A DNA stretch of 64,000 nucleotides from Fidelibacterota bacterium (GCA_046861645.1 JBHHUM010000002.1:512-64511), one strand, 5' to 3'. Shown: positions 1 through 10,139, counted from the first letter of the stretch. Made by a program: numbers and translations. The notes: a model not told the origin generated them from the letters alone.

Positions 1-1206
1 GATAAAGAAGTAGCGCACCACATCTTTACCAACGGTGTCAATTAATTCCTGTAAAGTTACATATTCTGCTTTACGGGTGGACATTTTCACTTTTTCGTCA
101 GCTGATTTAAGGGTAACGAACTGGTGGATTAAGACACGGATGTGATCGGTTTTGTTCCCTAATTTTTTCACTCCGGCGAGAACGTCAGGATAGGTGTCCT
201 GGTGATCCGCACCGAAGAGGTCCACGATGAGGTCAAAGCCCCGTTGTACTTTCTGACAATGGTAGGCCATGTCTGGCAGGCGATACGTGGGCTCTCCACT
301 GGACTTGATAAGTACCGTATCCTGAGCCTTGCCCAATGCCGTTGTTTTGAACCAGATTGCACCGTCGGCATCATAGGCCAGACCTTGATCCCGCAGGGTG
401 GCCACTATATCATCTATGGAGCCATCTTCATAAAAAGTTTTTTCGTTAACGTAACTATCCATTTCAATGCCTGCATTGGCCAGAGTTTTTCTGATATCGG
501 CAAAAATGATTTCTTCAGCCTTCTCCTTAAAAATAGGATTCCAGGCCTCATTCTTTAATTTATCTCCATAGTGGTCGTAGATGATCTGAGCAATATCCCG
601 GATGTAGTCACCCTGGTAACCTCCTTCTGGAAAGGTGGTTTCTACGCCGAGAATTTCACAGTAGCGGGCGTAGACAGATGCTCCCAAGAGCCGCATCTGC
701 CGGCCGGCATCGTTGTAATAGTACTCCCGGGTAACCTTGTAACCGTGCCAGCTTAAAAGGGATGCTACGGTGTCCCCCAGGACCGCCTGTCGGCCGTGTC
801 CTACAGTGAGGGGTCCCGTGGGATTGGCACTTACAAATTCTACCAGAGCGCGCTGGCTGACACCGGTAGTGGTCTGGCCGTAGGAGTCATTGGCTGACAG
901 GATGGAGGGAATTTGGTTCTGCAAGTACTTTGCAGCAATAGTGAAATTAATGAATCCAGGAGCGGAAACCGTTAGGTCCCCACAGATGTCTTCGTCAGGT
1001 TTCAGAGCAGATTTAATGGCTTCGGCCAGCTCCAGGGGTGGTTTACCGGCGGCTCTGGCCGCTACCAGGGCAGCGTTCGTGGAGTAATCGCCCAGGTGAG
1101 GGGATTTACACCGCTCTATGTGGAAAGCTTCCCTGGGAAGTTTCAGCTCTCCCAAGGCCTCAGCCGTGAGGGTATAGAAATAGTCCTTTAAGTCCAGGGC
1201 AGACAT
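1..1206 (-). CDS. argS: arginine--tRNA ligase, N-terminal ~400 aa (gene runs off the left edge)
   Basis: Absent from the ORF track because there is no stop in the window. My minus-strand translation from ATG 1206 gives MSALDLKDYF...VEFVSANPTGPLTVGHGR (HIGH-type motif)...VKMSTRK (KMSKS-type)...VVRYFFI, and stays open to nt 1 (402 codons). Confidence 0.9.
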   Translation of the reverse strand, partial: MSALDLKDYFYTLTAEALGELKLPREAFHIERCKSPHLGDYSTNAALVAARAAGKPPLELAEAIKSALKPDEDICGDLTVSAPGFINFTIAAKYLQNQIPSILSANDSYGQTTTGVSQRALVEFVSANPTGPLTVGHGRQAVLGDTVASLLSWHGYKVTREYYYNDAGRQMRLLGASVYARYCEILGVETTFPEGGYQGDYIRDIAQIIYDHYGDKLKNEAWNPIFKEKAEEIIFADIRKTLANAGIEMDSYVNEKTFYEDGSIDDIVATLRDQGLAYDADGAIWFKTTALGKAQDTVLIKSSGEPTYRLPDMAYHCQKVQRGFDLIVDLFGADHQDTYPDVLAGVKKLGNKTDHIRVLIHQFVTLKSADEKVKMSTRKAEYVTLQELIDTVGKDVVRYFFI

Positions 1207-1244
1207 GAAAGAATTTAACGACTCAGGAGTGGACAAGGACAGCC

Positions 1245-1640
1245 TTATCCTTGGGTACGATCCGTTGCGGGTACTCCAATTTGTTCTCTGGCGGCATCGG
1301 CCCATAATCTTTCTAACTGATAATAATCACGGGCTTCCTGTAAAAAGATGTGCACCACGACGTCCACGTAGTCCAAAAGAACCCAGCGTCGATTCTCCAC
1401 ACCTTCAGAGTGCCACGGTTTGACAGGTGGCTTAAGCTCCTCTTGAATGGTATCACAAATGGCTTTGACGTGAACATCGGAATTGCCGGAGCAGATGACA
1501 AGGAAATCGGTAATACTGGTCTGCTGGCTAACGTCTAAAATGGTGACATCGTCGGCTTTTTTAGCAGCAGCCAGTTCAGCAATGGCGTGCGCCAGTTCAT
1601 CTGCTGATTTGAAGGGGGGGTTGGTTTTCCCGGAGCTCAA
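1245..1640 (-). CDS. rsfS: ribosome silencing factor RsfS (iojap family)
   Basis: 131 aa. DVTILDV...TDFLVICSGNSDVHVKAI...WVLLDYVDVVVHIF...YYQLERLW is the typical RsfS layout. 4-nt overlap with the upstream ORF. Confidence 0.85.
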   Translation of the reverse strand: MSSGKTNPPFKSADELAHAIAELAAAKKADDVTILDVSQQTSITDFLVICSGNSDVHVKAICDTIQEELKPPVKPWHSEGVENRRWVLLDYVDVVVHIFLQEARDYYQLERLWADAAREQIGVPATDRTQG

Positions 1641-2188
1641 TTCAAACGGCGTGACTCCAGGTATTTTTCGTAAGATCCAATAGTCAGGTAATCCCGACCG
1701 ATAATCACGGTCACATCCACATCCAGGTCGAGATTGACATCGGTGACAATACTCTCACGGTCTATACCTAACAGGCTGGCAATCTCATAGCCCCGGTCCA
1801 AGTATTGACTGCGCTGTATCACCTGGGTATGGCTATAGTCGAAATGGTCAGCATTTTCTGTAGCGATCACATCCACGCGGTAACTCCGTAAAAAATCGGT
1901 AAAACGGCCTCCCAGACCCTGGACACCACAACCATTTAAGACCTCCACCTGAACCGCAGCTAACGGTGAACGATCATATTCCTCAAACAGTTTTGCCGGT
2001 TGGGAAAGATTAGGTTCTATCAGGGCTACTTTAGCCTCGTCATGCCAGTTGTTCTGGACGAAAGACACCACAAAGGCGATCACTACAAAAGCCAGAAAGA
2101 TGATGGCCGCATTCAGAGAAGGCGACTGAAATATCATACTGGGTAGATTAGTTGGTCTCTGTTTGGGCACTCTCCTCCGGCTTTTCAT
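1637..2188 (-). CDS. membrane-anchored LytR_C-domain protein
   Basis: N-terminal TM helix (AAIIFLAFVVIAFVV), then VQVEVLNGCGVQGLGGRFTDFLRSYRVDV...THTQVI, typical of the LytR C-terminal domain. Confidence 0.7.
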   Translation of the reverse strand: MKSRRRVPKQRPTNLPSMIFQSPSLNAAIIFLAFVVIAFVVSFVQNNWHDEAKVALIEPNLSQPAKLFEEYDRSPLAAVQVEVLNGCGVQGLGGRFTDFLRSYRVDVIATENADHFDYSHTQVIQRSQYLDRGYEIASLLGIDRESIVTDVNLDLDVDVTVIIGRDYLTIGSYEKYLESRRLN

Positions 2189-2249
2189 TACTTTTCCGCA
2201 CCGGAAGAGAAGCCGTCTCCAGAATTACGGCACTGATATGTGCGTCGCT

Positions 2250-2732
2250 TCAATCCTGGAACCATGGACCCGCGTTAAGGTAGGGGTGCATCGTGTTATA
2301 ATAGCGATACCTGTAGATAGGATAATTGTCAAAGCTCAGCTCAAGACGACTATTTTCCGTAGGCTGGTATTTGAGTTTTGCCTGTAAGAAAGTTTGTCCG
2401 TTAAAGGCGTTGATCTTTCCCGAGAGGGAAGAAAAGGTGGGTTGAACGAAACTGAGATTAGTTTGCAGAGTAAGATGGTCTGTCAACAAATATTGCATCT
2501 GGTTAGTGTAGATACCATAGCTGTAGGACATTCCTCCCCGGGAAGCCATGGTAAAACCAAAGCTGTGGTTCATGGAAAACCGTTCCGGATTTAGGAAGGA
2601 AAGTGTGCTTTCCTCAGTCTCGGAGGGGAGCGGCTTTATGGGGGAACCATTGACAAGATGGGATTTGTACTGACCGGAGGAAAAAGTAAGAGAAGTGCAC
2701 ATCAGGAGTATGATACTAAGGTGTGTTTTCAT
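2250..2732 (-). CDS. hypothetical exported / outer-membrane protein
   Basis: Signal-peptide-like N-terminus (MKTHLSIILLMCTSLTFSSG). Rich in alternating aromatic and polar residues. No recognisable catalytic motif. Confidence 0.45.
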   Translation of the reverse strand: MKTHLSIILLMCTSLTFSSGQYKSHLVNGSPIKPLPSETEESTLSFLNPERFSMNHSFGFTMASRGGMSYSYGIYTNQMQYLLTDHLTLQTNLSFVQPTFSSLSGKINAFNGQTFLQAKLKYQPTENSRLELSFDNYPIYRYRYYNTMHPYLNAGPWFQD

Positions 2733-2737
2733 TCGTT

Positions 2738-3475
2738 TTATGGGTAAATCCGGTTAATTTCCTCCAACTGCTGTAGCGTATTTACACCCGCTACTTCCCG
2801 GGCGTCTGTAATCTGTTCCACGGCAATGTATCCATTCCCGGCCAGGATCAACGGAAGCACATCGGGGAGATAATATTCCTGTTGTGCGTTGGCATTGCTG
2901 ACTCTGGGTAAATATCGGTAAAGAGTGTCGGCATCGAAGAGGTAAACCCCGGCGTTGATCTCCTGGATTTGTCGCTCTTCAGGAGTGCAATCTTTCTCTT
3001 CCACGATTCGCTGCAGCAACCCATCAGCTTTGCGGATGACCCTTCCGTAGCCCGTGGGATTGTCAATGATCGTCGACAGCACCGTTGCTGCCGCATGAGA
3101 AACATAATGTCTGTGGAGAAGTTTGTCAAGTGTCAATTCACTTAATAGGGGGACATCTCCAGAAAGTATCAATACATCACCGCTAAAGCCTCTTAGATAC
3201 TCTTGCGCCTGGAGGACAGCATGCCCGGTTCCTAATTGTTGCTCCTGAATGGTAAATTCAACACTCTCTCCCCGCAGCTCATGGATGATTTTATCTCTGC
3301 CCACACCGACAATAATGACTATTTTCCGGGGCTGCATCGCCTGAGCGGTGTGTACCACGTGACGGATCATCGGCTGACCCCTTACGAGGTGCATAACCTT
3401 GGGTAGCTCAGACTTCATCCGCTTGCCCTGGCCTGCGGCGAGAATCACGACCACCAAAGGCCGCTCCTTATTCAT
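2738..3475 (-). CDS. sugar-1-phosphate nucleotidyltransferase, GlmU N-terminal-domain-like (stand-alone)
   Basis: LVVVILAAGQGKRMKSELPKVMH...QLGTGHAV...LILSGDVPLL...YGRV...EINAGVYLF. Start moved to the internal ATG at 3475 (MNKERPL), because the longer ORF (to 3601) would overlap mnmA by 134 nt. Confidence 0.75.
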   Translation of the reverse strand: MNKERPLVVVILAAGQGKRMKSELPKVMHLVRGQPMIRHVVHTAQAMQPRKIVIIVGVGRDKIIHELRGESVEFTIQEQQLGTGHAVLQAQEYLRGFSGDVLILSGDVPLLSELTLDKLLHRHYVSHAAATVLSTIIDNPTGYGRVIRKADGLLQRIVEEKDCTPEERQIQEINAGVYLFDADTLYRYLPRVSNANAQQEYYLPDVLPLILAGNGYIAVEQITDAREVAGVNTLQQLEEINRIYP

Positions 3476-4580
3476 GTAGTGTCCCTGCCGTGATAATTCC
3501 ACCTCCCAAGAGCAGGTCTCCACTGTAGAAGACGGCCGACTGTCCTGGAGTGACGGCAAATTGTGGTTCATCAAATTGTACATTAAGTAACCCGGATCCA
3601 TGCCTTGCTAGCCGACAGCCCACCCCTTCATGGTGATAACGGATCAAAACGGTGATAGCTTCCAGATGATCCAGTTGTGCTTCATCCATATGCCAGTTGA
3701 GATTGTTAACTTGGCAGCCTTTGAAGAACAGGGAACGGCGCGGTGCCAGGGTGATGTTCCCGCTTTCAGGGTCTATCTTCTGCACATAAACTGGCTCAGA
3801 TCCTGTCACTCCCAGCCCCCGCCGCTGACCAATGGTGTAATGAGAGATTCCCTGGTGTTTGGCCAGAAGTTCGCCCTCTGGTGTAATAAACCAACCTTGG
3901 CCATTAGCAGTATTTGGGGAAGGGTTTCTTCCGTCCAGGAATTCCCGGTAGTTGTTGTTAGGCACAAAGCAGATTTCCTGACTTTCGGCAATACCAGCTG
4001 TGGCCAGGTGAGCTTGTTGTGCTATCTTTCGTACTTCTGGTTTGGTCAATGATCCCAGAGGGAAGAGCGTTCGAGCAAGTGCTTTTTGATCCAGCTGCCA
4101 GAGGACGTAAGACTGGTCTTTACGCGGATCCAACCCTTTCCTGATTACAGGGTGGTTCGGGTTAGAACGATCGAGGCGGGCATAGTGACCGGTGGCCATC
4201 CACGCCATGTCCAGCTCGTTAGCATACTCTAATAGAGCTGTCCACCGCACTTCGGTATTACACCGGATGCACGGATTGGGAGTCCGGCCCTGCTGGTACT
4301 CCGCGGCGAAGTTTTCCACGACTTTTTCCAGGAATTTCTTTCGGAAATCGAGGGTATAATGAGGAACACCTGCCGTATCGCAGACGAGTTTGGCATTACG
4401 CACTGCTTCCAAGGAACAGCAGTAGGAGGGACGGGTAAAAGTCCCTGCAGAATCCTGATAGTCCCACAACTTCAAGGTTACACCAACCGCATCATAGCCT
4501 TCTGCCACCAATAGATGAAGGGCCACGGAACTGTCTACTCCTCCGGACATAGCCACGAGGACACACTCTTTTTTACTCAT
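3468..4580 (-). CDS. mnmA: tRNA-specific 2-thiouridylase
   Basis: PP-loop VLVAMSGGVDSSVA, conserved Cys residues (NPCIRCN; QEICF), 370 aa. Confidence 0.92.
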   Translation of the reverse strand: MSKKECVLVAMSGGVDSSVALHLLVAEGYDAVGVTLKLWDYQDSAGTFTRPSYCCSLEAVRNAKLVCDTAGVPHYTLDFRKKFLEKVVENFAAEYQQGRTPNPCIRCNTEVRWTALLEYANELDMAWMATGHYARLDRSNPNHPVIRKGLDPRKDQSYVLWQLDQKALARTLFPLGSLTKPEVRKIAQQAHLATAGIAESQEICFVPNNNYREFLDGRNPSPNTANGQGWFITPEGELLAKHQGISHYTIGQRRGLGVTGSEPVYVQKIDPESGNITLAPRRSLFFKGCQVNNLNWHMDEAQLDHLEAITVLIRYHHEGVGCRLARHGSGLLNVQFDEPQFAVTPGQSAVFYSGDLLLGGGIITAGTLHE

Positions 4581-5713
4581 ACGGCTACTTCTTTCAATGT
4601 TGGCGATACATGACGGCTTATAGCTCCAGCCAGGGCGGTCACTTCCTCAAGTGTGGTCAACCGGCCGAAGGAAATGCGGATGGTGCGTTGGTTCAACTCG
4701 TCAGACAAACCCAGGGCTTGTAAAACGCGTGAAGGTTGGGGAGATCCCGAAGCACAGGCGGCGCCGGCAGAAACCGCAAAACCGTCCCTGTCCAGCTTCA
4801 TAATCAGTTTTTCTGCGGAGACATCAGGGAAAGAGAGGCTCACCACCCCAGGCAGCGTTTCCGTAGGGTGACCGTTGACCACAACTTCTGGACAGGTCTC
4901 GCTAATTGAGGATAGGAAACCTTTGCGGAGACCATGAAGTCGCTCCATTTCGCTATTTAAATCACCTCCTGCCAACTCAACAGCCAGCCCGAATCCCGTT
5001 ATGCCCAAGACGTTCTCCGTACCTGCCCGTCGGCTGTTTTCCTGACTTCCCCCGGAGATGAGGGGGTGTAATTGATAGCCTTCAGTAGCGTACAGAGCGC
5101 CCACGCCCTTGGGGCCGTACAACTTATGGGCGGAGAAACTCATGGTGGTAATACCCAGAGATTGCACCTGTATGGGTATTTTACCCAGAGCCTGTACCCC
5201 GTCGGAGTGGAAAGGGATATTGTGCTCCTGGCAGAGACAAGCAATTTCGGCAATAGGCTGAAGAGTACCTACTTCATTATTGGCCATCATGACAGTTACT
5301 AGAGCGGTGTTATCTAGTATAGCAGCGGCAATATCAGGGGGACTTACTCGACCCGTTTTATCAACATCTACAATGGTACAGGTCATGCCCAGCGGTTCTA
5401 ATTCCCTGATAGTGCTATAAATGGATGGGTGCTCAATGGCCGATAGGACCACATGCTTTTTTTCACCATAGAGAAGGTTACGAAGAACCAGGTTATTAGC
5501 CTCCGACCCACTACCGGTGAAGATGATTTCTGACGGTTTACACCCGATGGCTGCTGCTATCTGCCGCCGGCTCCTCTCCACGTAACTGCGTGCTTTCTGT
5601 CCATAACGGTGTACACTGGACGGATTACCGAAGACGTGCTCGTTGACATCTGACATAAGTTCTGCCACCCGACGATCTACGGGTGTAGTGGCGCAGTAAT
5701 CGAAGTATTTCAT
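4577..5713 (-). CDS. cysteine desulfurase (class V aminotransferase, NifS/IscS/YrvO-like)
   Basis: PLP-lysine context SFSAHKLYGPKGVGALY and catalytic-loop Cys (SAGAACASG). 4-nt overlap with mnmA, matching the YrvO-MnmA type pairing known from Bacillus. Confidence 0.88.
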   Translation of the reverse strand: MKYFDYCATTPVDRRVAELMSDVNEHVFGNPSSVHRYGQKARSYVERSRRQIAAAIGCKPSEIIFTGSGSEANNLVLRNLLYGEKKHVVLSAIEHPSIYSTIRELEPLGMTCTIVDVDKTGRVSPPDIAAAILDNTALVTVMMANNEVGTLQPIAEIACLCQEHNIPFHSDGVQALGKIPIQVQSLGITTMSFSAHKLYGPKGVGALYATEGYQLHPLISGGSQENSRRAGTENVLGITGFGLAVELAGGDLNSEMERLHGLRKGFLSSISETCPEVVVNGHPTETLPGVVSLSFPDVSAEKLIMKLDRDGFAVSAGAACASGSPQPSRVLQALGLSDELNQRTIRISFGRLTTLEEVTALAGAISRHVSPTLKEVAV

Positions 5714-5746
5714 GAAGGAAAGTTACTTATGATCAGGCGAAATATA

Positions 5747-6517
5747 TCAGAATTCGTTGCGAATTTCGGCGTATCTGATGGTATTCTGTAAATTAAGATA
5801 AAAGGGAGGTTTCAGGTCATCCAGCCTTCGTATAGTGATTGAATTATCATAGTCAAAGCGTTCGACTTCCCATTTGAAGTCCTCACCCACAGTCAGAAAG
5901 GCCACGGAACCTTTGGGAATGCGATCAAACGGGAGACCGGTAGCTCCCTGGCAAAAAATCTTGATATTGCCATTCTGATCGAAACGGGGAATGTGGGTAT
6001 GGCCGTGAATAAATAGAAACATTTTTACCTCTGGATAACGCAGTTTGACATGATTCCGCCAGGTGATGGCTTCTTCCAGTGAGGGTGGCTGATCATCGCG
6101 TTCGTACCAGGCGTGAGTGAACTCGACCAGAATAGTACCTATTTTCTCCCGATGGGCAATATGCATCTGACGAATAAAGTCCATCCCCTCTTCGCCTAAC
6201 TGCTCCCATGTCCACCGTTCATTCTGGACAATGCCCTGGCAGACGGGGTCGTCAGGGCTCATCCCCTCCAACGAGGGTGCTTCATGTTCCCAAATTCTTT
6301 CTAAAAGGTAACGATCGTGATTGCCACGAATGAAAATGCAGTTATCCAGCGTCTGCAGGAGTTTCAATGTCTTTACGGGAGAAGGACCCAGAGCAAAACA
6401 GTCACCTAGACAGATGAGTTGATCCACTTTGCGCTTGCTGATAATGTCCAAGGCGGATTGCAATGCAGTCAGATTGCTGTGGATATCTGTAATGATGGCA
6501 AATCGCTTTTCATTCAT
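5747..6517 (-). CDS. metallophosphoesterase (calcineurin-like fold)
   Basis: Motifs ITDIHSN, GDCF, GNHD, GHTH in canonical order. Confidence 0.8.
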   Translation of the reverse strand: MNEKRFAIITDIHSNLTALQSALDIISKRKVDQLICLGDCFALGPSPVKTLKLLQTLDNCIFIRGNHDRYLLERIWEHEAPSLEGMSPDDPVCQGIVQNERWTWEQLGEEGMDFIRQMHIAHREKIGTILVEFTHAWYERDDQPPSLEEAITWRNHVKLRYPEVKMFLFIHGHTHIPRFDQNGNIKIFCQGATGLPFDRIPKGSVAFLTVGEDFKWEVERFDYDNSITIRRLDDLKPPFYLNLQNTIRYAEIRNEF

Positions 6518-6673
6518 TGGTGGGTATCCTTCTTAATCGGTGACAATATTTCATAAATTTACAGTGCAATTTCCAGAATTTCCTAAGTTCTTTTTATATG
6601 GCTAAAAGTCTAAATAAGGTCAACAATTGCTTGCATTCTGATCGGGAGAGGATCAAATTCCCGCCGCTTTGTT

Positions 6674-7570
6674 ATGACTGCGGATAGTATACTCACGGTA
6701 GGTTCCATTGCCATTGACTGGTTGGAGATGCCCGATGGTACCCAGGGCGAGGTGCTCGGGGGGGCGGCCACCTATTTTACTTTATCTGCTTCTCAGTTTG
6801 CTCCAGTTCATGTCGTGGGAGTAGTGGGGACCGACTTCCCTCAAGAGGGTCACGATCTTTTCAGGACTCATGCCGCCAATATGGATGATCTCCAGGTAGT
6901 AGCGGGGAAGACCTTTCGCTGGGGAGGGCGCTACCACGAGAATTGGGAGAACAGGACGACTCTCTTCACGGAGCTGGGTGTCTTCGGCGATTTCAAGCCA
7001 GTGATTTCCCAGGGGAATCGGAGTTGTCCTTTAGTCTTCCTCGCCAATATTCAGCCGTCCCTGCAGTTGGATGTACTTAAGCAGATGGAAGCACCGCGAC
7101 TAGTGATAACCGATACCATGAATCTATGGATCGATACTGCCTTAAGTGATCTGAAAGAGGTAATTGTCAAAACGGATATTCTCCTGCTCAACGACAATGA
7201 AGCTGAGATGTTGACTGGTTTGTCCGATCCCGAGGAAGCGGGTCGTGAACTGTGCCGGCAAGGTCCAAAGAGTGTAGTAGTAAAACTCGGCAGCCGTGGT
7301 GCTCTTCTTGTAGAAGAGGAGAAGACTGTGCCTGTTGCTGCATTTTCGGTAGATCAGGTAGTTGACCCTACCGGTGCTGGTGACTCATTTGCAGGTGGGT
7401 TGGTGGGAGCACTAGCGGCAGGAAAGTCGCTGATAGATTCATTAATAACAGGTTCTGCCATAGCATCGTTTACCGTTGAGAGTTTCGGACCGGCAGGTCT
7501 GATCGAATTGGATAATGATGAACTGGGTAGTAGGATATTAGTTGTACGTGATCTGTCAAAATTGGCTTGA
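6674..7570 (+). CDS. PfkB-family carbohydrate/nucleoside kinase
   Basis: C-terminal PfkB signature DPTGAGDSFAGG, 298 aa. Confidence 0.8.
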   Translation: MTADSILTVGSIAIDWLEMPDGTQGEVLGGAATYFTLSASQFAPVHVVGVVGTDFPQEGHDLFRTHAANMDDLQVVAGKTFRWGGRYHENWENRTTLFTELGVFGDFKPVISQGNRSCPLVFLANIQPSLQLDVLKQMEAPRLVITDTMNLWIDTALSDLKEVIVKTDILLLNDNEAEMLTGLSDPEEAGRELCRQGPKSVVVKLGSRGALLVEEEKTVPVAAFSVDQVVDPTGAGDSFAGGLVGALAAGKSLIDSLITGSAIASFTVESFGPAGLIELDNDELGSRILVVRDLSKLA

Positions 7571-7634
7571 ATCACCTTCGAGAGCTTAGTAGATTAATCA
7601 CCCTTTTATAGTCAATTCCCGGGAGGCTAATACA

Positions 7635-8714
7635 ATGCATAAACAAACTTGGACTATTCTCATAGCCGGAATCCTGTTAATGGTATTCTTCTGGAGTTGT
7701 ACCAGCGCCGAACTAACCTCGGCCAGAATTTATGCTCGTGACAAAGAATACGAGAAAGAAGAGGAACAATTGCTTCTGGCCATGAAAGGACCCGACTCCC
7801 AGAATCCGGAAGTCTATTTCAGGATGGGTGCCGATATCTACGGAAACCGTGGAGAGTGGGATAAAATGAATGAAATGTTGGATAAAGCTCTTGCATTAGG
7901 TGCTGATGTAAAAATTCCTGTCGGGGCTGAAAATCTGACGGTTAAAGAAGGTGTGGAGCGTATTCGTGGGAAATATTGGACGGAATTTTATAACAGAGGT
8001 GCCACTACCTATAATGAAGCCCTCTCAGGTGATCCTGAACTGAAAACCAAAAAACTGGATAAGGCTATAAAGTATTTCTCGACGGCTATACAGATCTTCC
8101 CCGTAGAAGGTAAAACCTATAAAAACCTTCTCTTTTGCTATGTTCAAAAGGGGGATCAGGAGGGGATTAATGCTACACTGAACGCAGCATTGAAGATCAA
8201 TCCCGATGATACTGATTTATTGTTGACGGCAGGACAAATTCGTCAACGCGAGAACGATTATGAAGGTGCACTGGTATATCTGGAAAAAGCCCTCAGTCTG
8301 GCTCCCTATGATGTGGAAGTGGTAAAGTCTTTAGCCAATAATTACTTTTTCCTCGAGGATTATGAACAGGCAGTTGATGCCTACAATCGTGCCCTTTACC
8401 AAGAAGCTGATAACAGTGATCTGCATTATAACCTCGGCCTGCTCTATCTACGCTTGACCGACTTCGATCTGGCTGAGATGGAGTTTCAATATGTCATCGA
8501 AGCCGATCCGGACGATTGGGAAGCCATCCTGCTGATCGCGGAGGCATTCCGGGGGAATGAGCGGTGGGAAGATGCGGAGTACTATTACCGCCAGGTTCTG
8601 GATATTAAACCGGATCACGCCTCTGCAATGAGGAATTTAGCCGTGGTGGTCTTTAAGCAAGGGAGAGTAGAAGAAAGTCAGGAAATATTGAACCAAGCCA
8701 AGGCTCTTGAGTAA
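7635..8714 (+). CDS. TPR-repeat lipoprotein
   Basis: Signal plus lipobox-like FFWSC, followed by repeated 34-aa A/Y/L-patterned TPR units. Confidence 0.7.
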   Translation: MHKQTWTILIAGILLMVFFWSCTSAELTSARIYARDKEYEKEEEQLLLAMKGPDSQNPEVYFRMGADIYGNRGEWDKMNEMLDKALALGADVKIPVGAENLTVKEGVERIRGKYWTEFYNRGATTYNEALSGDPELKTKKLDKAIKYFSTAIQIFPVEGKTYKNLLFCYVQKGDQEGINATLNAALKINPDDTDLLLTAGQIRQRENDYEGALVYLEKALSLAPYDVEVVKSLANNYFFLEDYEQAVDAYNRALYQEADNSDLHYNLGLLYLRLTDFDLAEMEFQYVIEADPDDWEAILLIAEAFRGNERWEDAEYYYRQVLDIKPDHASAMRNLAVVVFKQGRVEESQEILNQAKALE

Positions 8715-8720
8715 AAATCT

Positions 8721-9626
8721 TTAAGAGACCTTTTTTCTCTTTTTCAAGTAACCGGAGAGAGCCAGATCAAGGGTTTCATTGGTTCTTATGGGGACGTAAT
8801 CAATATTCCGCTTCCGGCACTCTGTTTTGTACAGTTTCTGGAAGTCTGCCATTACTCGCTGATAGGCTGATCGAATCTGCCACGGTTCAGTGGTGATCAT
8901 CGCTCCAGTTTCTAAATCTTGGAAACGGGTACGTATTGAGAAATCAAAGTGCTGTTCCTGAGGGTCGATGAGATGAAATACGATAACCTCGTGCTTCTTG
9001 TGGCGGAAATGCTTTAATCCCGTCAAGACTTCCTGTGGTTCGTCCAATAGATCTGAAATCAGAATGATAAGTCCCCGCTTTCTTATTTTCTCGGCTAAGT
9101 GATGCAGGGTGGGAGCTATCCTTGTTTCTGGTCCTGATGAAACTTGCTCCAGCCGAGTCAGAATGGTATTCAGGTGCCCCGGAGTAGAGCGGGGAGGGAC
9201 ATAGTTACGGATTTCCTTATCAAAGAGGGTTAGAGATACAGCATCCTGTTGCTGCAGCATCAAGTACGTCAGGGCTGCCGCCAGGTAGCTGGCGTATTCC
9301 AGCTTGGAGATACTTTTACTGGCGAAGTCCATGGATTTACTGGTGTCCATGATGAGATATGACCTGAGGTTGGTCTCTTCCTCGAATTGTTTAATGTAAT
9401 ATCGGTCTGTCTTGCCGTACAGCTTCCAGTCAACGTGACGAATTTCATCCCCAGGACCGTAAGCCCGGTGCTCAGCGAACTCCACACTGAAACCGTGATA
9501 GGGGCTCTTATGCAAACCGACCAGATAACCCTCCACTACTAACCGTGCCCGAAGTGACATGTTATCTAACCGGGCAACGACTTCTGGTTGGAGATATCTT
9601 CTTTTATCAATCTTTTCCATGTTCAA
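8721..9626 (-). CDS. DUF58 protein (MoxR-associated, vWA-like)
   Basis: HGFSVEFAEHRAYGPGDEIRHVDWKLYGKTDRYYIKQFEEETN is the typical DUF58 core. It lies downstream of moxR. Confidence 0.8.
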   Translation of the reverse strand: MNMEKIDKRRYLQPEVVARLDNMSLRARLVVEGYLVGLHKSPYHGFSVEFAEHRAYGPGDEIRHVDWKLYGKTDRYYIKQFEEETNLRSYLIMDTSKSMDFASKSISKLEYASYLAAALTYLMLQQQDAVSLTLFDKEIRNYVPPRSTPGHLNTILTRLEQVSSGPETRIAPTLHHLAEKIRKRGLIILISDLLDEPQEVLTGLKHFRHKKHEVIVFHLIDPQEQHFDFSIRTRFQDLETGAMITTEPWQIRSAYQRVMADFQKLYKTECRKRNIDYVPIRTNETLDLALSGYLKKRKKVS

Positions 9627-9638
9627 CGATAGACATTA

Positions 9639-9657
9639 GGTGTCAGGAGTTAGACGT
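9639..9657. repeat. left arm of the imperfect inverted repeat bracketing the four-helix-bundle gene
   Basis: The reverse complement of GGTGTCAGGAGTTAGACGT matches GCGTCTAACGTCAGACA at 10123..10139 (8/8 core CGTCTAAC plus 5/6 further matches). Confidence 0.55.
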
Positions 9658-9749
9658 TTCGTAAACTTCAAAAAATATGCTGCCATTTCGGTTTTGGTTG
9701 ATCGACTTCGCGCAAGGACTTCAAAGGTCTAACATCCGGCTTCTAACTG

Positions 9750-10112
9750 TCATTTTTGCCTCTCTTTGATAGTATTCTGATAAGCTATCAGCTTGGCTTT
9801 AAGTTTCTCGATGAAATCTTCTGTTTTAGTCAGTTTGGATTTAGTTAAATAGTCTAGTGGGTTTGCAATAATCAGTTGTGAATGAGCTTCGGAAAGTAAG
9901 CCTGAGGCAATATCAATATAGTGTTTCCTGTCTGCTGAGGTGCGTCGTCCATGTCCCTCAGCGATGCATGACGGAATCTCCACAGCAGCGCTTCTCAGCT
10001 GACTTGTCAACCCGTAGCGTTCTTCCTTTGGAAATGTTTGGGTTGTAGAATAGATGGATTTGACATATTGAATGCTGAGTTGAAACACTTCCAGTTCTTT
10101 GAATGATCCCAT
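9750..10112 (-). CDS. four-helix-bundle protein (23S rRNA intervening-sequence protein / Avd-like family)
   Basis: 120 aa. FKELEVFQLS...TQTFPKEERYGLTSQLRSAAVEIPSCIAEGHGR...YIDIASGLLSEAHSQL is the family hallmark as I recall it. Confidence 0.8.
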   Translation of the reverse strand: MGSFKELEVFQLSIQYVKSIYSTTQTFPKEERYGLTSQLRSAAVEIPSCIAEGHGRRTSADRKHYIDIASGLLSEAHSQLIIANPLDYLTKSKLTKTEDFIEKLKAKLIAYQNTIKERQK

Positions 10113-10122
10113 CCTAACGTAT

Positions 10123-10139
10123 GCGTCTAACGTCAGACA
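10123..10139. repeat. right arm of the inverted repeat bracketing the four-helix-bundle gene
   Basis: See 9639..9657. TCTAAC also recurs at 9728, 9742, 10126 and 10140, with CCTAAC at 10113 (CTAAC core 10114..10118). Confidence 0.55.
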
